NCBI GenBank assembly: GCA_965248925.1
Contig: CBDFLE010000006.1
Location: 2,976,001-3,040,000 of the forward strand
Reading direction: 5' to 3'
DNA from: Candidatus Multivoradales bacterium
Lineage (GTDB): Bacteria; Acidobacteriota; Thermoanaerobaculia; Multivoradales; J023
DNA length: 64,000 nt
The position numbers were made by a program, and so were the translations under genes. Shown piece after piece: positions 19,954-29,769 of the stretch. Numbering within the stretch: position 1 is the stretch's first letter; each line of letters opens with the position of its first letter. The notes beneath the pieces were generated by a model, which saw only the letters and a program-made list of their open reading frames with translations, was not told the DNA's origin and did no database searches.

Positions 19954-22443
19954 TCAATCGTCGCGCAGAGCTTCCATCGGGCTGATTCTGGCGGCGCGTA
20001 GGGCCGGTACCAGGCCGGCGATGAGGGCCACGAAGAGCATCAGTAGGGTGGCACTGAGCAGCACTCGCGGGTCGTGGCTCTCAAGTTCGTAAAGCAGCGA
20101 GCGACCGGCGCGGCCAACGCCGAGGGCGGCAAGAACCCCGAGCAAGGCCCCTGGCACCACCAGCCAGCCGACCTGCCGCAGCACCATCTTGCAAATCCGC
20201 GGGCCGTCGGCGCCGAGGGCCATGCGCAGGCCGATCTCGCGGGTGCGTTGGCTGATCGCGTAGGCCAGCACGCCATAAAGGCCGATGGCGGCGAGCACCG
20301 TGGCGAGCAGCGCGAAGCTGCCCGACAGGGTGCTCAGAACGCGGTCCAGGACCAATTTCTCGCGCACTTGCACCGCCATGGTGCGCAGATTCTCGACCGG
20401 CAGGTTGGTATCGACCTGGCTGACCACTTTGCGCAGGATGGCCAGCAGGGTTTCGGGATCGCTGGTCGCGCGGACGTAGAAGTTCATCGCGCCGTGTTCT
20501 TCGCTCTGCCGGTTGGCCAAGAAGAACTGGGGTGGGATGGCTTCTTTAACACTGTGGTAGCTGGTGTCCGCCACCAGGCCGATAATTTCTATGTCGAGTT
20601 CGGCTGCGTTGCCAGTGCTGGTCCCCATCCGTCGGCCGACGACGTCTGTTCCGAGGCCAAATTTGCGCGCGAAGCCCTCGTTGACGATCGCCACTTTAGG
20701 CGCGCCGAGGTCGTCGCGCGGGGCAAAGTCGCGGCCGGCCAGCAGTTGGATGCCGACGGTCTCCAGGAAGCCGCTACCAACCTCGTTGAAGCGAGCGTTC
20801 GAATCGACATCGGGACCGCCGACAAATCCCTCCACCGAGACGCCTGAACCCCAGCTACTGCCGGCGATCAACGGCACTAGCGAGCTGGCGATGCCGCGAA
20901 CTCCGGGCAGTGCGCCGACCTCGCGCTCGACGCGGGCGAAGAAGGCGCGCGAGTCGGTCTTGCTGTAGCCGTTGAGTTCGGGGGCTACGGCAAAAGTGGC
21001 GAGCTGCTCGATCTCCATGCCGAGGTCAACCCGGCCGACATTGAGCAAGCTCTTGGTGAATAACCCGGCAGATACCAGCAGGGTCATCGACAGGGCGATC
21101 TGCAGGGTCACCATGGCGGTGCGGAAACGGCTGGCGGCCGGCGAACTGGCCAGGCGGAGATTCTTCAAGGAACTGGCCAGGTCGTGCTTGGTGGCGTGGA
21201 TCGCTGGGTAGAGCCCGGCCAGTCCAGCTATCCCCGCCAACACGGCCATGAACAGCCAAGTGATCGGCGACAACTCCAGGCTGATTCCCATACCGGCGTC
21301 GCTTGGCAGGATCGAGAACAGCATTCGCAGGGTCCCTTGTGCCACTAGCAAACCGAAGAAGGCGCCGCAGATCGCCAACAAGAACGACTCCGCTAGCAGC
21401 TGGGTCAGCAAGAAGCGTCGCGGGGCACCTAGGGACAGCCGGACGGCAAACTCGCTGGCTCGATTACTGGCTTTGGTGAGCAGGAGATTGGCGACGTTGG
21501 CGGCGGCGATCAAGAGCACAAAGGCGGTCACCCCGAGTAGTAGCAGCAGTGGCGTGCGCAACTCCGCGGTGACCGAACTCTGCCCTTTGTCACCGCGGAC
21601 CAAGTCGATCGGTTTGGCCTTGAAGCGCTCCAGAGTTTCTTCGCTGAAAGTTTGAAGCGGCACCTCGACCTCGAGCAGGATCGCTTGGTATTGGCTGGTC
21701 AGCGCGGCGCCGGCGCTGGCCATGCTCTGTTCGGCTGGCAGCCGACCGAAGAGATAAATCCAGTAAGTGCGACGGCTGTCGAAGCCCTGCCAACCGGGAC
21801 TCATCAGCGCTTTCATGCTGATCGGCACGAAGATCTGCGGCAGATTGCCGAGAGTAGTGCCCTTGAATCCGCGTGGCGCCACTCCCAGGATGGTCATTGG
21901 CTGGCCGTTGATCTCCAGCGGCTCGCCGACTATCGCCGGGTCGGAATTGAACCGGCTTTGCCAATAGGCGTGGCTGATCACCGCCACCGGATGAGCCCCT
22001 GGGTCGCGGTCGTCGTCCGCGGTCAACAGTCGGCCCAGAGCCGGATGCAGACCGAGTACCTCGAAGTAGTTGCCCGAGACCAACACCCCCTCGCCGCTGA
22101 GCGTGGTGCCTTGATAGCCGAGGTTGGCGCCGAAGGCATTGTGCGCCGCCAAACCATCGAGGGGACCTTGGAGGCGCTCCAAGTCGCGGAACATCGGGTA
22201 GCTGAACACCGACTCCGACCCCCCCGCGTTGCCGGCGGAGACCGAGCCGGATTTCGGGCCTGGCGAACTCAGGTTGACCAGCTGTCCGGGCTCCTCCACG
22301 GGCAGTGCGCGCAGAATCGTCTGCTCAAAGATCGAGAAGATTGCCGCGTTGGCGCCGATTCCGAGTCCTAACGAAACGATGGCGATGACGGTGATCAGAG
22401 GCGTCTTGAGCAGCGAGCGAACGACGAGGCGGGGGTTGAGCAC
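19954..22443 (-). CDS. ADOP-type duplicated ABC transporter permease (MacB_PCD/FtsX)
   Basis: SLGLGIGANAAIFS, NVANLLL...R..E.AVRLSLGA, IGLYGVLAY.ISQRTREIGLRMALGA, PMEALR. Confidence 0.92.
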   Translation of the reverse strand: MLNPRLVVRSLLKTPLITVIAIVSLGLGIGANAAIFSIFEQTILRALPVEEPGQLVNLSSPGPKSGSVSAGNAGGSESVFSYPMFRDLERLQGPLDGLAAHNAFGANLGYQGTTLSGEGVLVSGNYFEVLGLHPALGRLLTADDDRDPGAHPVAVISHAYWQSRFNSDPAIVGEPLEINGQPMTILGVAPRGFKGTTLGNLPQIFVPISMKALMSPGWQGFDSRRTYWIYLFGRLPAEQSMASAGAALTSQYQAILLEVEVPLQTFSEETLERFKAKPIDLVRGDKGQSSVTAELRTPLLLLLGVTAFVLLIAAANVANLLLTKASNRASEFAVRLSLGAPRRFLLTQLLAESFLLAICGAFFGLLVAQGTLRMLFSILPSDAGMGISLELSPITWLFMAVLAGIAGLAGLYPAIHATKHDLASSLKNLRLASSPAASRFRTAMVTLQIALSMTLLVSAGLFTKSLLNVGRVDLGMEIEQLATFAVAPELNGYSKTDSRAFFARVEREVGALPGVRGIASSLVPLIAGSSWGSGVSVEGFVGGPDVDSNARFNEVGSGFLETVGIQLLAGRDFAPRDDLGAPKVAIVNEGFARKFGLGTDVVGRRMGTSTGNAAELDIEIIGLVADTSYHSVKEAIPPQFFLANRQSEEHGAMNFYVRATSDPETLLAILRKVVSQVDTNLPVENLRTMAVQVREKLVLDRVLSTLSGSFALLATVLAAIGLYGVLAYAISQRTREIGLRMALGADGPRICKMVLRQVGWLVVPGALLGVLAALGVGRAGRSLLYELESHDPRVLLSATLLMLFVALIAGLVPALRAARISPMEALRDD

Positions 22444-22583
22444 AGCAGTCTCCCGAAAATTGACGGACTTACGCTAAGTTCATACGGTGATACGCCGGGA
22501 GGTCGTTGAGAGTTACCAGTAGGTTGTCGCCACTTGATCTGGTTACTCTACAATCAGAATCACAACTCAAGAAGGAGCGAACT

Positions 22584-23030
22584 ATGTACCCGATGGTACG
22601 AACGGTTCTGGCGGTTGTCGCTGGCTATGTGCTGATGGTGGTTATCGTCGTTGGGAGTCTTGGCCTGGCCTGGTGGGTACTCGGAGCTGACGGTGCCTTT
22701 GCCGGGGAAGGTCCCTACCCGTCCACCGGCTGGTTGGCTTTCAGCGTCATTGGCGGTTTCATCGCCGCCATCCTCGGTGGCTTTCTAGTCCGTCACTTGG
22801 GCGGCTCGGCAGCCGCGGTCAAGGGCCTGGTCGCCTTGGTCCTGGTCTTGGGCCTGATCGGCGTCCTGACCGGCGGCGGCAACAAAGGCAAGAACCCCGT
22901 CGCCGACAAGGCGGTGGCCGAGATGAGCTGGGGCGAGGCGGGCCAGCATGCGCAGCAGCCCACTTGGTACAACTGGTTGATCCCTCTGCTGGGTGCCGCC
23001 GGCGTGGTGCTCGGTGGACGACGGGACTAG
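22584..23030 (+). CDS. Small 4-TM membrane protein
   Basis: AAGGAG RBS, hydrophobic helices and a C-terminal QPTWY. Confidence 0.75.
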   Translation: MYPMVRTVLAVVAGYVLMVVIVVGSLGLAWWVLGADGAFAGEGPYPSTGWLAFSVIGGFIAAILGGFLVRHLGGSAAAVKGLVALVLVLGLIGVLTGGGNKGKNPVADKAVAEMSWGEAGQHAQQPTWYNWLIPLLGAAGVVLGGRRD

Positions 23031-23116
23031 CGGGGGTCTGGTAGACAGAATTCAGGCTGGCGCCGAGAGTTTGTCGGCGCCAGCTTCCCAGTTAGCGTTC
23101 GTCGCTAATGGTGGGC

Positions 23117-24586
23117 TTAGTCCGTTCCCGCGGTCACTCCGTTCCAGTGATAGGACTCCTGGTTGCTGTCCGCCAGCGCTGTCAGGCTGATGAAATCAGT
23201 GTCCTGGTGGTAGCTGGTGAAGACAATGTCGTCGCGGGCTTCGCGCATCTCCTTGGCGCGCACGGCGTCGTGCTGCTCGTACTCGTAGAAGTGCCGGCGT
23301 AGCATCTCGAAGGCCTTGGCGCGCTCGCCGAGTTGGGCGTGGATCGCCGCCAGATTGTAGGACGCTGGCAGCAGGTCGTGGTGAGCTTCGGCCATCTTGC
23401 GTGCCTCGTCGGCCTGGCCGAGGGTGACGAAGTAGGTGGCGGCGAAGACCTGGTTGTAGGCGTCTTCGGGCTCCAGGGCGAGTGCTTTCTGGGTGCATCC
23501 CCAGGCTTTATCGGTTTCTTTCTCCGAATTCCAGAAAACCGCCAGGTTGCGATAGGCGAGGGCCAGCGGGTAGCTGTCGATCGAGCGCTCGAAGAGGGCC
23601 ACGCCATCCTCGAATTTGCCACTGTGGATGGTCATTTTGCCCAGGCCGTGCAGGGCGACGGCCCGCGACAGGCGGTCGGAGGGGCGCTCGAGCAATTGGC
23701 TAAAGATCTGCCGTGCCAGCTGCCAGTCGCCGGTGTGGTGGCGGTGTAGTTCGCCGAGGAAACGCAGTACCACTGGATCTGCCGGGTCGAGACTCTGCGC
23801 CTTCTCGTACAGCCGTTGCGCCTGAGCCAGGTCTTCGATCCGCTCGGCGGCCAGACCCGCTTCCATCCAGCGCTCCATCTTGACTGAAGTGCGGCGGCCG
23901 AGATCGGGGCGCGGGAATTCAGGGGCGTCGAGATCGAGGCCGGCGATATCCACCTTGCGGCCCATCTTCTTCAGCGCTTTGGCGGCTTTCTTGCCCGAGG
24001 AGGGGAACAAGCATGCCTGCTTGACGACTTCACCGTAGAGTTCGGCGGCGGCGTCCTGGGCGCCCGCTTTATTCTTGGCTTTGGCCTGTTTCAGCGCTTG
24101 CTTGACCCGGTCTTCTCGCTTCTCGAGTTCAGTGCGAACCAGCTTCTCCACCGGGGTGGCGTTGAGCTGGCCATCGGCAGCCTCCACCCGGCCGATCTCC
24201 TTGCCGTCGCTGCTGGCCAGCACGGCCGTCGGTGCGCCGTTGACCGCGAATCGCCGGCGCAGGGCATTGTTCTCAGCCGGCACCATGCCGACACCGACGC
24301 ATTGTGCCGACCACAGCGTCAGGGAGCGGGAAGTGCGCAAGGCCGAACCATTGACCTGCTCTTTCGACATCGGGAACCAATAGACCACCAGATCGCCGGC
24401 CGGTGGTGCGACCCCGCCGACGGTGACCCAGGGGACGTGGTAGACCTGCGGTGCCGAGCTGGTGATGCCGCCGGTGCCGCCACCACCGCCACCACCACAA
24501 GTAGCCCAGACGGGCGCGACAATCAGCTGCGCGGCAAGGGCCACGGTGAGCAACTGGGCGAAGAATCGAGAGGGTGAGCGATTCAT
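23117..24586 (-). CDS. Secreted TPR protein with an N-terminal TCG7 motif and a thioredoxin-like segment
   Basis: Signal peptide ending VWA followed by TCGGGGGGG. PTAVL..SDGKEIGRV precedes about six TPRs. Confidence 0.75.
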   Translation of the reverse strand: MNRSPSRFFAQLLTVALAAQLIVAPVWATCGGGGGGGTGGITSSAPQVYHVPWVTVGGVAPPAGDLVVYWFPMSKEQVNGSALRTSRSLTLWSAQCVGVGMVPAENNALRRRFAVNGAPTAVLASSDGKEIGRVEAADGQLNATPVEKLVRTELEKREDRVKQALKQAKAKNKAGAQDAAAELYGEVVKQACLFPSSGKKAAKALKKMGRKVDIAGLDLDAPEFPRPDLGRRTSVKMERWMEAGLAAERIEDLAQAQRLYEKAQSLDPADPVVLRFLGELHRHHTGDWQLARQIFSQLLERPSDRLSRAVALHGLGKMTIHSGKFEDGVALFERSIDSYPLALAYRNLAVFWNSEKETDKAWGCTQKALALEPEDAYNQVFAATYFVTLGQADEARKMAEAHHDLLPASYNLAAIHAQLGERAKAFEMLRRHFYEYEQHDAVRAKEMREARDDIVFTSYHQDTDFISLTALADSNQESYHWNGVTAGTD

Positions 24587-24670
24587 TTCGGGGCTCCTAG
24601 AGGAAAAGGCGGAATCTCGAACGCTAGTCGGCAATGCTCTCATGAACTGAGTGCCGGCATGGCCTAGGGC

Positions 24671-25861
24671 TCAATCAGCGGCAACTTCAGCGCGGATCTC
24701 GGCGTTGTGCTCGCCCAACCGGGGTGGATGGCGGCGGTAGGTCGGGCCACCGGCGGAGAGTTGGATCGGACAACCGATCGAGCGTACCAAGCCGGCCAGC
24801 GGGTGTTCCAGCTCGACCACCATGCCGCGCTCCAGCAGCTGCTCGTCTTGCAGGGTTTCTTCAGGAAGATGGATCGGTCCGGCGGGGATGCCGGCGGCGG
24901 CGAAATCGCCCAGCCAGTCGGCGGCATCGCGTTCTACCAGCAGGTTCTCGAGTTGAGCGATCAGCAGCTGGCGGTGCTGATTGCGGCTGGCATTGTTGGC
25001 GAAGCGCGGGTCCTTGGCCAGTGCGCCGCTAGGGTCGAGAAGCAGGCAGGTCCCTTGCCACAGACGCTCGTTGCCGATCGCCACCAGCAGCAGCTTGTCG
25101 CGTGCCCGTAGCGGCTGGTAAGGGGTGATCGAAGGGTGGGCGTTGCCCAGTCGGTGTGGCTTCTGCCCGGCCACCAGCAAGCTGCCGCCGAGATTCGCCA
25201 GCCAGGTGACTTGACTGTCGAGCAGCGCCACATCGACCATCTGACCCCGGCCGTTGCTCCCCGGCCGATCGCGAGCCCACAGCGCCGAGAGGATGCCGAT
25301 CAGACTGTAGAGACCGGCCGAAATATCCGCCATCGGGGTGGGGAAACGTGCCGGCCCACCCTCGGGATCGCCGGTCAGTGCCATCAGCCCGGCCTCGCCC
25401 TGGGCGATCAGGTCGTAGCCCGGCTGGCCGGCGCGCGGGCCGCTGTGGCCGTAGCCACTGATGCCGGCCCAGATTAAGCGCGGGTTGAGAGTCGCCAGGG
25501 TTGTCGGATCGAGCTGCGCGCGCTCAAGCGAGGCGAGCCGCGGGTTGTTGGTCAGAAAGACGTCGGTCCGCGCGATCAGCCGGTGCAGCAAAGCGAGATC
25601 GTCCGCCGCCTTGAGGTCGAGTTCCAGGCTGCGCTTGTTGCGATTGGTAGACAGAAAGTAGGCGCTCTCGCCAGCGACAAAGGGGGGGCCCCAACCCCGC
25701 GATTGATCGCCCACTCCGGGGCGTTCGACCTTGATTACCTCGGCTCCCAGGTCGCCGAGCATCATCGCGCAGTAGGGGCCGGCCAGTGCTTCGGTGACTT
25801 CGACTACCCGCAACCCGGCCAGGGGGGAGGTGGTGCTCGACATAGGTTCGCGAATCTCCAT
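24671..25861 (-). CDS. CaiB/BaiF family III CoA-transferase
   Basis: PLAGLRVVE, AGPYCAMMLGDLGAEVIKVERP, NRNKRS, GYDLIAQG, PPRLGEH. Confidence 0.93.
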   Translation of the reverse strand: MEIREPMSSTTSPLAGLRVVEVTEALAGPYCAMMLGDLGAEVIKVERPGVGDQSRGWGPPFVAGESAYFLSTNRNKRSLELDLKAADDLALLHRLIARTDVFLTNNPRLASLERAQLDPTTLATLNPRLIWAGISGYGHSGPRAGQPGYDLIAQGEAGLMALTGDPEGGPARFPTPMADISAGLYSLIGILSALWARDRPGSNGRGQMVDVALLDSQVTWLANLGGSLLVAGQKPHRLGNAHPSITPYQPLRARDKLLLVAIGNERLWQGTCLLLDPSGALAKDPRFANNASRNQHRQLLIAQLENLLVERDAADWLGDFAAAGIPAGPIHLPEETLQDEQLLERGMVVELEHPLAGLVRSIGCPIQLSAGGPTYRRHPPRLGEHNAEIRAEVAAD

Positions 25862-27695
25862 TAGGCAATCTTCAAGCGCTCGGCCAGGCGCTGAGGGATG
25901 AAGAAGTGATTGACGCTGATCGCCGGGTTGTGGCCTTGCCCTGGCCGGTTGGGGTAGATCGTGCGACTGCGCGAGGAGTAAGTGTCCGTGCGCACGTAGC
26001 CGGCGCGCTCGGCGCACTCGCTCCAGCTGGCTAGTAGTGGTTGGCCGAAGCGTGGCAGAGGTGCCGGATCGGCCGGCCGCAGACCCTGTCCTGATTTCTC
26101 GTGCACGTACTTGAATCCAGCGTGGTAGGTGTTCCAGGCGGTGGCCAGCAGATCGTCCACCGACAATGCGCTCTCTTCAGTAAACAGCAACACCAGCCCG
26201 GCTTCGGCGTAGCGGCGAAATATCTCCACCATGCGTGTGTCGGTCTGCTCACGCACCTCGTGGAAGCCGTTGCCGACCATCATCACCGCCCCCTCGGGGT
26301 CGAGATCGAGCTGCGCCAACGCCTCTACCAGCAACTCGGGCTGGCCGATGTCGGCCTGCCGCACAAAGGCCATATTGCGGGGTAGGCGGCCGGCGTGCTG
26401 CAACTCTTCACAGGCATCGATGGCGGCGTCTTCGAGATCGGCGCCGACATAGCGCAGGCCCTCTTCACCGGAGCGTGCGAACCGTTGGCGGGTCGCCTCG
26501 CCGCGGCCGATGGCGTGTTCGATGTAGACCCGGTAGCGGAAGCCGGTGTCGGCACAAAAGGCGTCAAGGGCATCGTTGGCGCGTTCGAAAGTGTGCCGAT
26601 TGGCGTCCTGGCTGGCGACGATATTGGCGCTGCGAGTCACCCACACCGCGCCGCGGCCCTCGACCAAGATCTCCGCCAGCCGCGCCATGTAGGGATGGTA
26701 AGCCTCAATAATGCCCATCGGACCGGCGCCCCGTTCGAAAACTCGCTGGCCCACGGCGGTGGCGCGCCAGCCGCCAGCGTGCTCCTCGATCGTCGCCGCC
26801 GCCGCCAGGATGGCGATCGCCTGAAGCTAGCTTGGTGCGATCTCGGGGCCAAATGGGCGGCGTTGATCGGCGACTCGCCAAGCCAGTCTTCAGTACGCCC
26901 CGCGGCCCGCAACCCAAGGAGAACGGGTAGCAGCCGGTAGCCGAGCTCGATCTCGTCTAACTCGGCGATCCAGGTGTTTTGGCGGGCGTCGGTTCGGCGC
27001 TGGGCGGTGCGGCCGAGTTCGCTGAGCAGGGCGTCGTCGTCGGCTTCTAGGGCCTCGCCAGCAAAGGCCCGTTGCCACAGGCGCGAGACATCAGTCGGCG
27101 CCACTAAGCGCGCCGGTACGCTGCGTAGCACCTGCCGCGCCCGAGGGTGCCAGGGGGCGACGAAGCGCAGGGCTTCGTCTTGCTGCAAGTATCCTCGCGA
27201 GAGCAGGAACGACAAGTCGGCTTGTAGCTCCCGCGGCTTCACGCGCCGCCGCCTGCCAGCGACCTCGATCTCGCAGTTTGTCGGCTCGAGACGCTCGCCA
27301 GCGAGCACTTTCTCGGCCATGCCGGAAGCGCTGAAGGTGGCCAACACATGGCGTAATAGCCACAGATCTGCCGGCGCCGTGACGGCCGCGGTGCGGACAC
27401 AGACGCGGACCACCCGGGCACCGCGCTCCAGCTCCTCCAGCTCCTCGCTATCTAGGCTCTTGCTGGCCAGTTCTTCAATGCGATTCAGTGTGTCGAGAAC
27501 GCCTTGGCCCATGCCCAGCAAGTGCGGTACGCGATCGCGAAAGTGCTCGTAGACCGGCGGTTCGAGGTAGGGGTAGCCAGCGCTTGAGGTGCCGGTCGGC
27601 CCGGCCAGCACTTCGAGTAGAGGGGCGGCTAGCGGCAGGTGGCAAAATTGCTGGGCCAGCCGAGTGATGGAGCGGTTTGATGGCGAATCACTCAT
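25861..27695 (-). pseudogene. Frameshifted gene with a C-terminal class I SAM methyltransferase-like domain
   Basis: ORFs 26637..27764 and 25861..26754 join across a frameshift at about 26820-26840. The C-terminal part has IEHAIGRG, YVGADLE and VGNGFHEV. Confidence 0.65.
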
Positions 27696-27709
27696 CGAAT
27701 AGGCTGCGG

Positions 27710-28240
27710 CTAGTCGGGGCGGACACCGCTGTAGGAGCCCGCTGCTCGGAGCATGTTGCGCCAATTGGCAGGCTCGATATCAAAGCTGCGGCTGAAAAGT
27801 TCTTCGGCCCGTTGCCGGTCGCCAGCGAGGTTGTAGTAGCCGCCAACCTCGGCCAACCAATCGGCATCCCTGGGCTCTTCAGAGATCACCTTGTCGAAGG
27901 CTTGCTTCGCCGCTGGCCAGTCGCCGGATTCATGGTAGGCCCGACCGATGCGCACCAGATCGCTGGCGTCGCCGGCTGCCGCCACCTCGGCGAGCAGAGC
28001 TCTACCTTCCTCTGGGTGGCCGCCGAGCAGCAGCACCCGACCAATGGCAATTTTCTCCCAGGACTCCGCCTTCACGGATTCGCGAGCCTGCGCCACCAGG
28101 GCGGCCATGGCATCGCCGGTGCTCTGGCCGATATAGAGGGCCGGGTCAATGGGCTGCTGTTTCTCTTTCTTCGCCTCGGCAGAGCCGCTGAGCATCAGGG
28201 CTAGCAGGCAGGTGAGGAAGATCGTGGGTAAGCGTCGCAT
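27710..28240 (-). CDS. Secreted TPR protein
   Basis: Signal peptide ending AEA, followed by three TPR-like units. Confidence 0.75.
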   Translation of the reverse strand: MRRLPTIFLTCLLALMLSGSAEAKKEKQQPIDPALYIGQSTGDAMAALVAQARESVKAESWEKIAIGRVLLLGGHPEEGRALLAEVAAAGDASDLVRIGRAYHESGDWPAAKQAFDKVISEEPRDADWLAEVGGYYNLAGDRQRAEELFSRSFDIEPANWRNMLRAAGSYSGVRPD

Positions 28241-28411
28241 ATCGATTGTCTCCAGCAATTATTCCGCGCAAGTAGATCCGTCGCCCAGGGCGATAGGCAA
28301 TCATACCGGCTGCAGGTTCTCTTGTTGGAGCGCATTTCGCATTATCAACAGGGCTAGCAGATCAGTCAGTTGTGGTTACAGCCACGGTCAATGCGGTGGC
28401 CGCTGCGAGTG

Positions 28412-28484
28412 CCGTGTGGGTGCCGTGTGGGTGCCACCCTCATCGGACCCGTGTGGGTGCCGTGTGGGCGCCACCCTCATCGGA
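28412..28484. repeat. Two 36-bp direct repeats with 37-bp period and internal GTGTGGGTGCC subrepeats
   Basis: ccgtgtgggtgccgtgtggg(t/c)gccaccctcatcgga at 28412 and 28449, one mismatch. Confidence 0.85.
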
Positions 28485-28954
28485 ACAGCGGGGGGTTCGC
28501 GGCGGATAGTCGCCGTCCGAGCGTTGTTGGCTCGGACGACGACCCTTTTCGCGGGCTGGGCTCGGCGGCGCGCGGCTTGGCCCGCGGTCGAGCCGCTAGT
28601 AACTCTAGAGGGTGTTGGTCACACCGCTGATCGAGCGCACCTCGTCAGCGATCACCAGGATCTCGTCGAGACTGGGCTCGTCGCCCAGGGCCTGGGCAAC
28701 GCCCTCTTCAAACACCAAGATCACCAGGTCGGGATTCTTTTCCTTGCCGCGCCGGCCGAGCTCTTCGGCGTGAGCGAGCAACTTGCCCACCACGTCGCTG
28801 GCGTTGCTCCTTTCTGATTTCGGTTGATGGCAAGCCCTCCCGGATCCCCAATTGAATTAGCGCGCTATGGGAGGGAACGTGCAGGCAAACCGAAATGAGG
28901 CTCAATTGGATTGAGACGATCGCGACAGGTCGCGCTCGCTGACTCCGATCAGTG

Positions 28955-29758
28955 CTACTGGCTGCTGTCAGAGTCGCTGAGCCAGTTCCTCAGCCGGCTG
29001 AGGAAGTCATTGTGGCAAGCTCGTTCCAGCCATGGGTAGTGCCCGGCGTGGCGCCACTCGTAGTATTCGAGTTGCGGTAAGAAAGGCCGCAGGCTGGCCT
29101 GGATCAGCCGGCCGGGGTGGGGGTCGACAGCACCGTGCAACATCAGCACTGGTGAGCGAATAGCGGCGAAGGCGGCCGGGTAGACACCCTCTGCTTGCAG
29201 CCGCAGCATATCTTGCCAGCTTTCTTGATGACCCCGAGCATCGCAGGGCAGCAGCTCCAGATCGCTACTGATCAGATCGTGGGAGAAGGCCGGCAGGAAT
29301 AGCTCACCGCTGGCCGCCAGGCGCTGGTCGGGGTCTGGGATCGTCTCGCTCAGGCGCTCCAAGCGTTGTCGCAAGGGCTCGTCGATACGCGCCTCCAGGG
29401 TGTCTCGCAGCTGCGCCCGGGCTTGCGGATCGAAGGTGCCGCAGCCCACCAGCACGAGGCGACCCATCTGAGCCGGATGAGCCGCGGCGTAGGCCAGGGC
29501 CAGCATCGCGCCCCAGGAAGATCCGACCAACGCTGGCGCTTCGGCCGAGCGCAGGGAGCACAGCTGAGAGTGCAGGTCGGCAACGTGCCCGGCGACAGTC
29601 AGCGGCTGGTCCGGGGCGCTACGTCGCTCGAGAGTCTCTAGCACCCGGAAGGAACTGGCCAGCTGGCGTGCCAGCGGCGCCATGCTGCCCGGCGCGGCGG
29701 GTCCGCCGTGTAGCAAGACGACCCAGGGACCGCGCTGACCATAGTGTCGAGCCTGCAT
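28955..29758 (-). CDS. Alpha/beta hydrolase
   Basis: LLHGGP, GSSWGAMLA (nucleophile elbow), LHGAVDP, AGHYPWLE. Confidence 0.92.
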   Translation of the reverse strand: MQARHYGQRGPWVVLLHGGPAAPGSMAPLARQLASSFRVLETLERRSAPDQPLTVAGHVADLHSQLCSLRSAEAPALVGSSWGAMLALAYAAAHPAQMGRLVLVGCGTFDPQARAQLRDTLEARIDEPLRQRLERLSETIPDPDQRLAASGELFLPAFSHDLISSDLELLPCDARGHQESWQDMLRLQAEGVYPAAFAAIRSPVLMLHGAVDPHPGRLIQASLRPFLPQLEYYEWRHAGHYPWLERACHNDFLSRLRNWLSDSDSSQ

Positions 29759-29769
29759 GTCGAGAGCGG

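Noticed and set aside
28412-28484. 36-bp repeats as a CRISPR array
   Set aside because: Only two copies separated by 1 bp, with no spacers and no cas genes.
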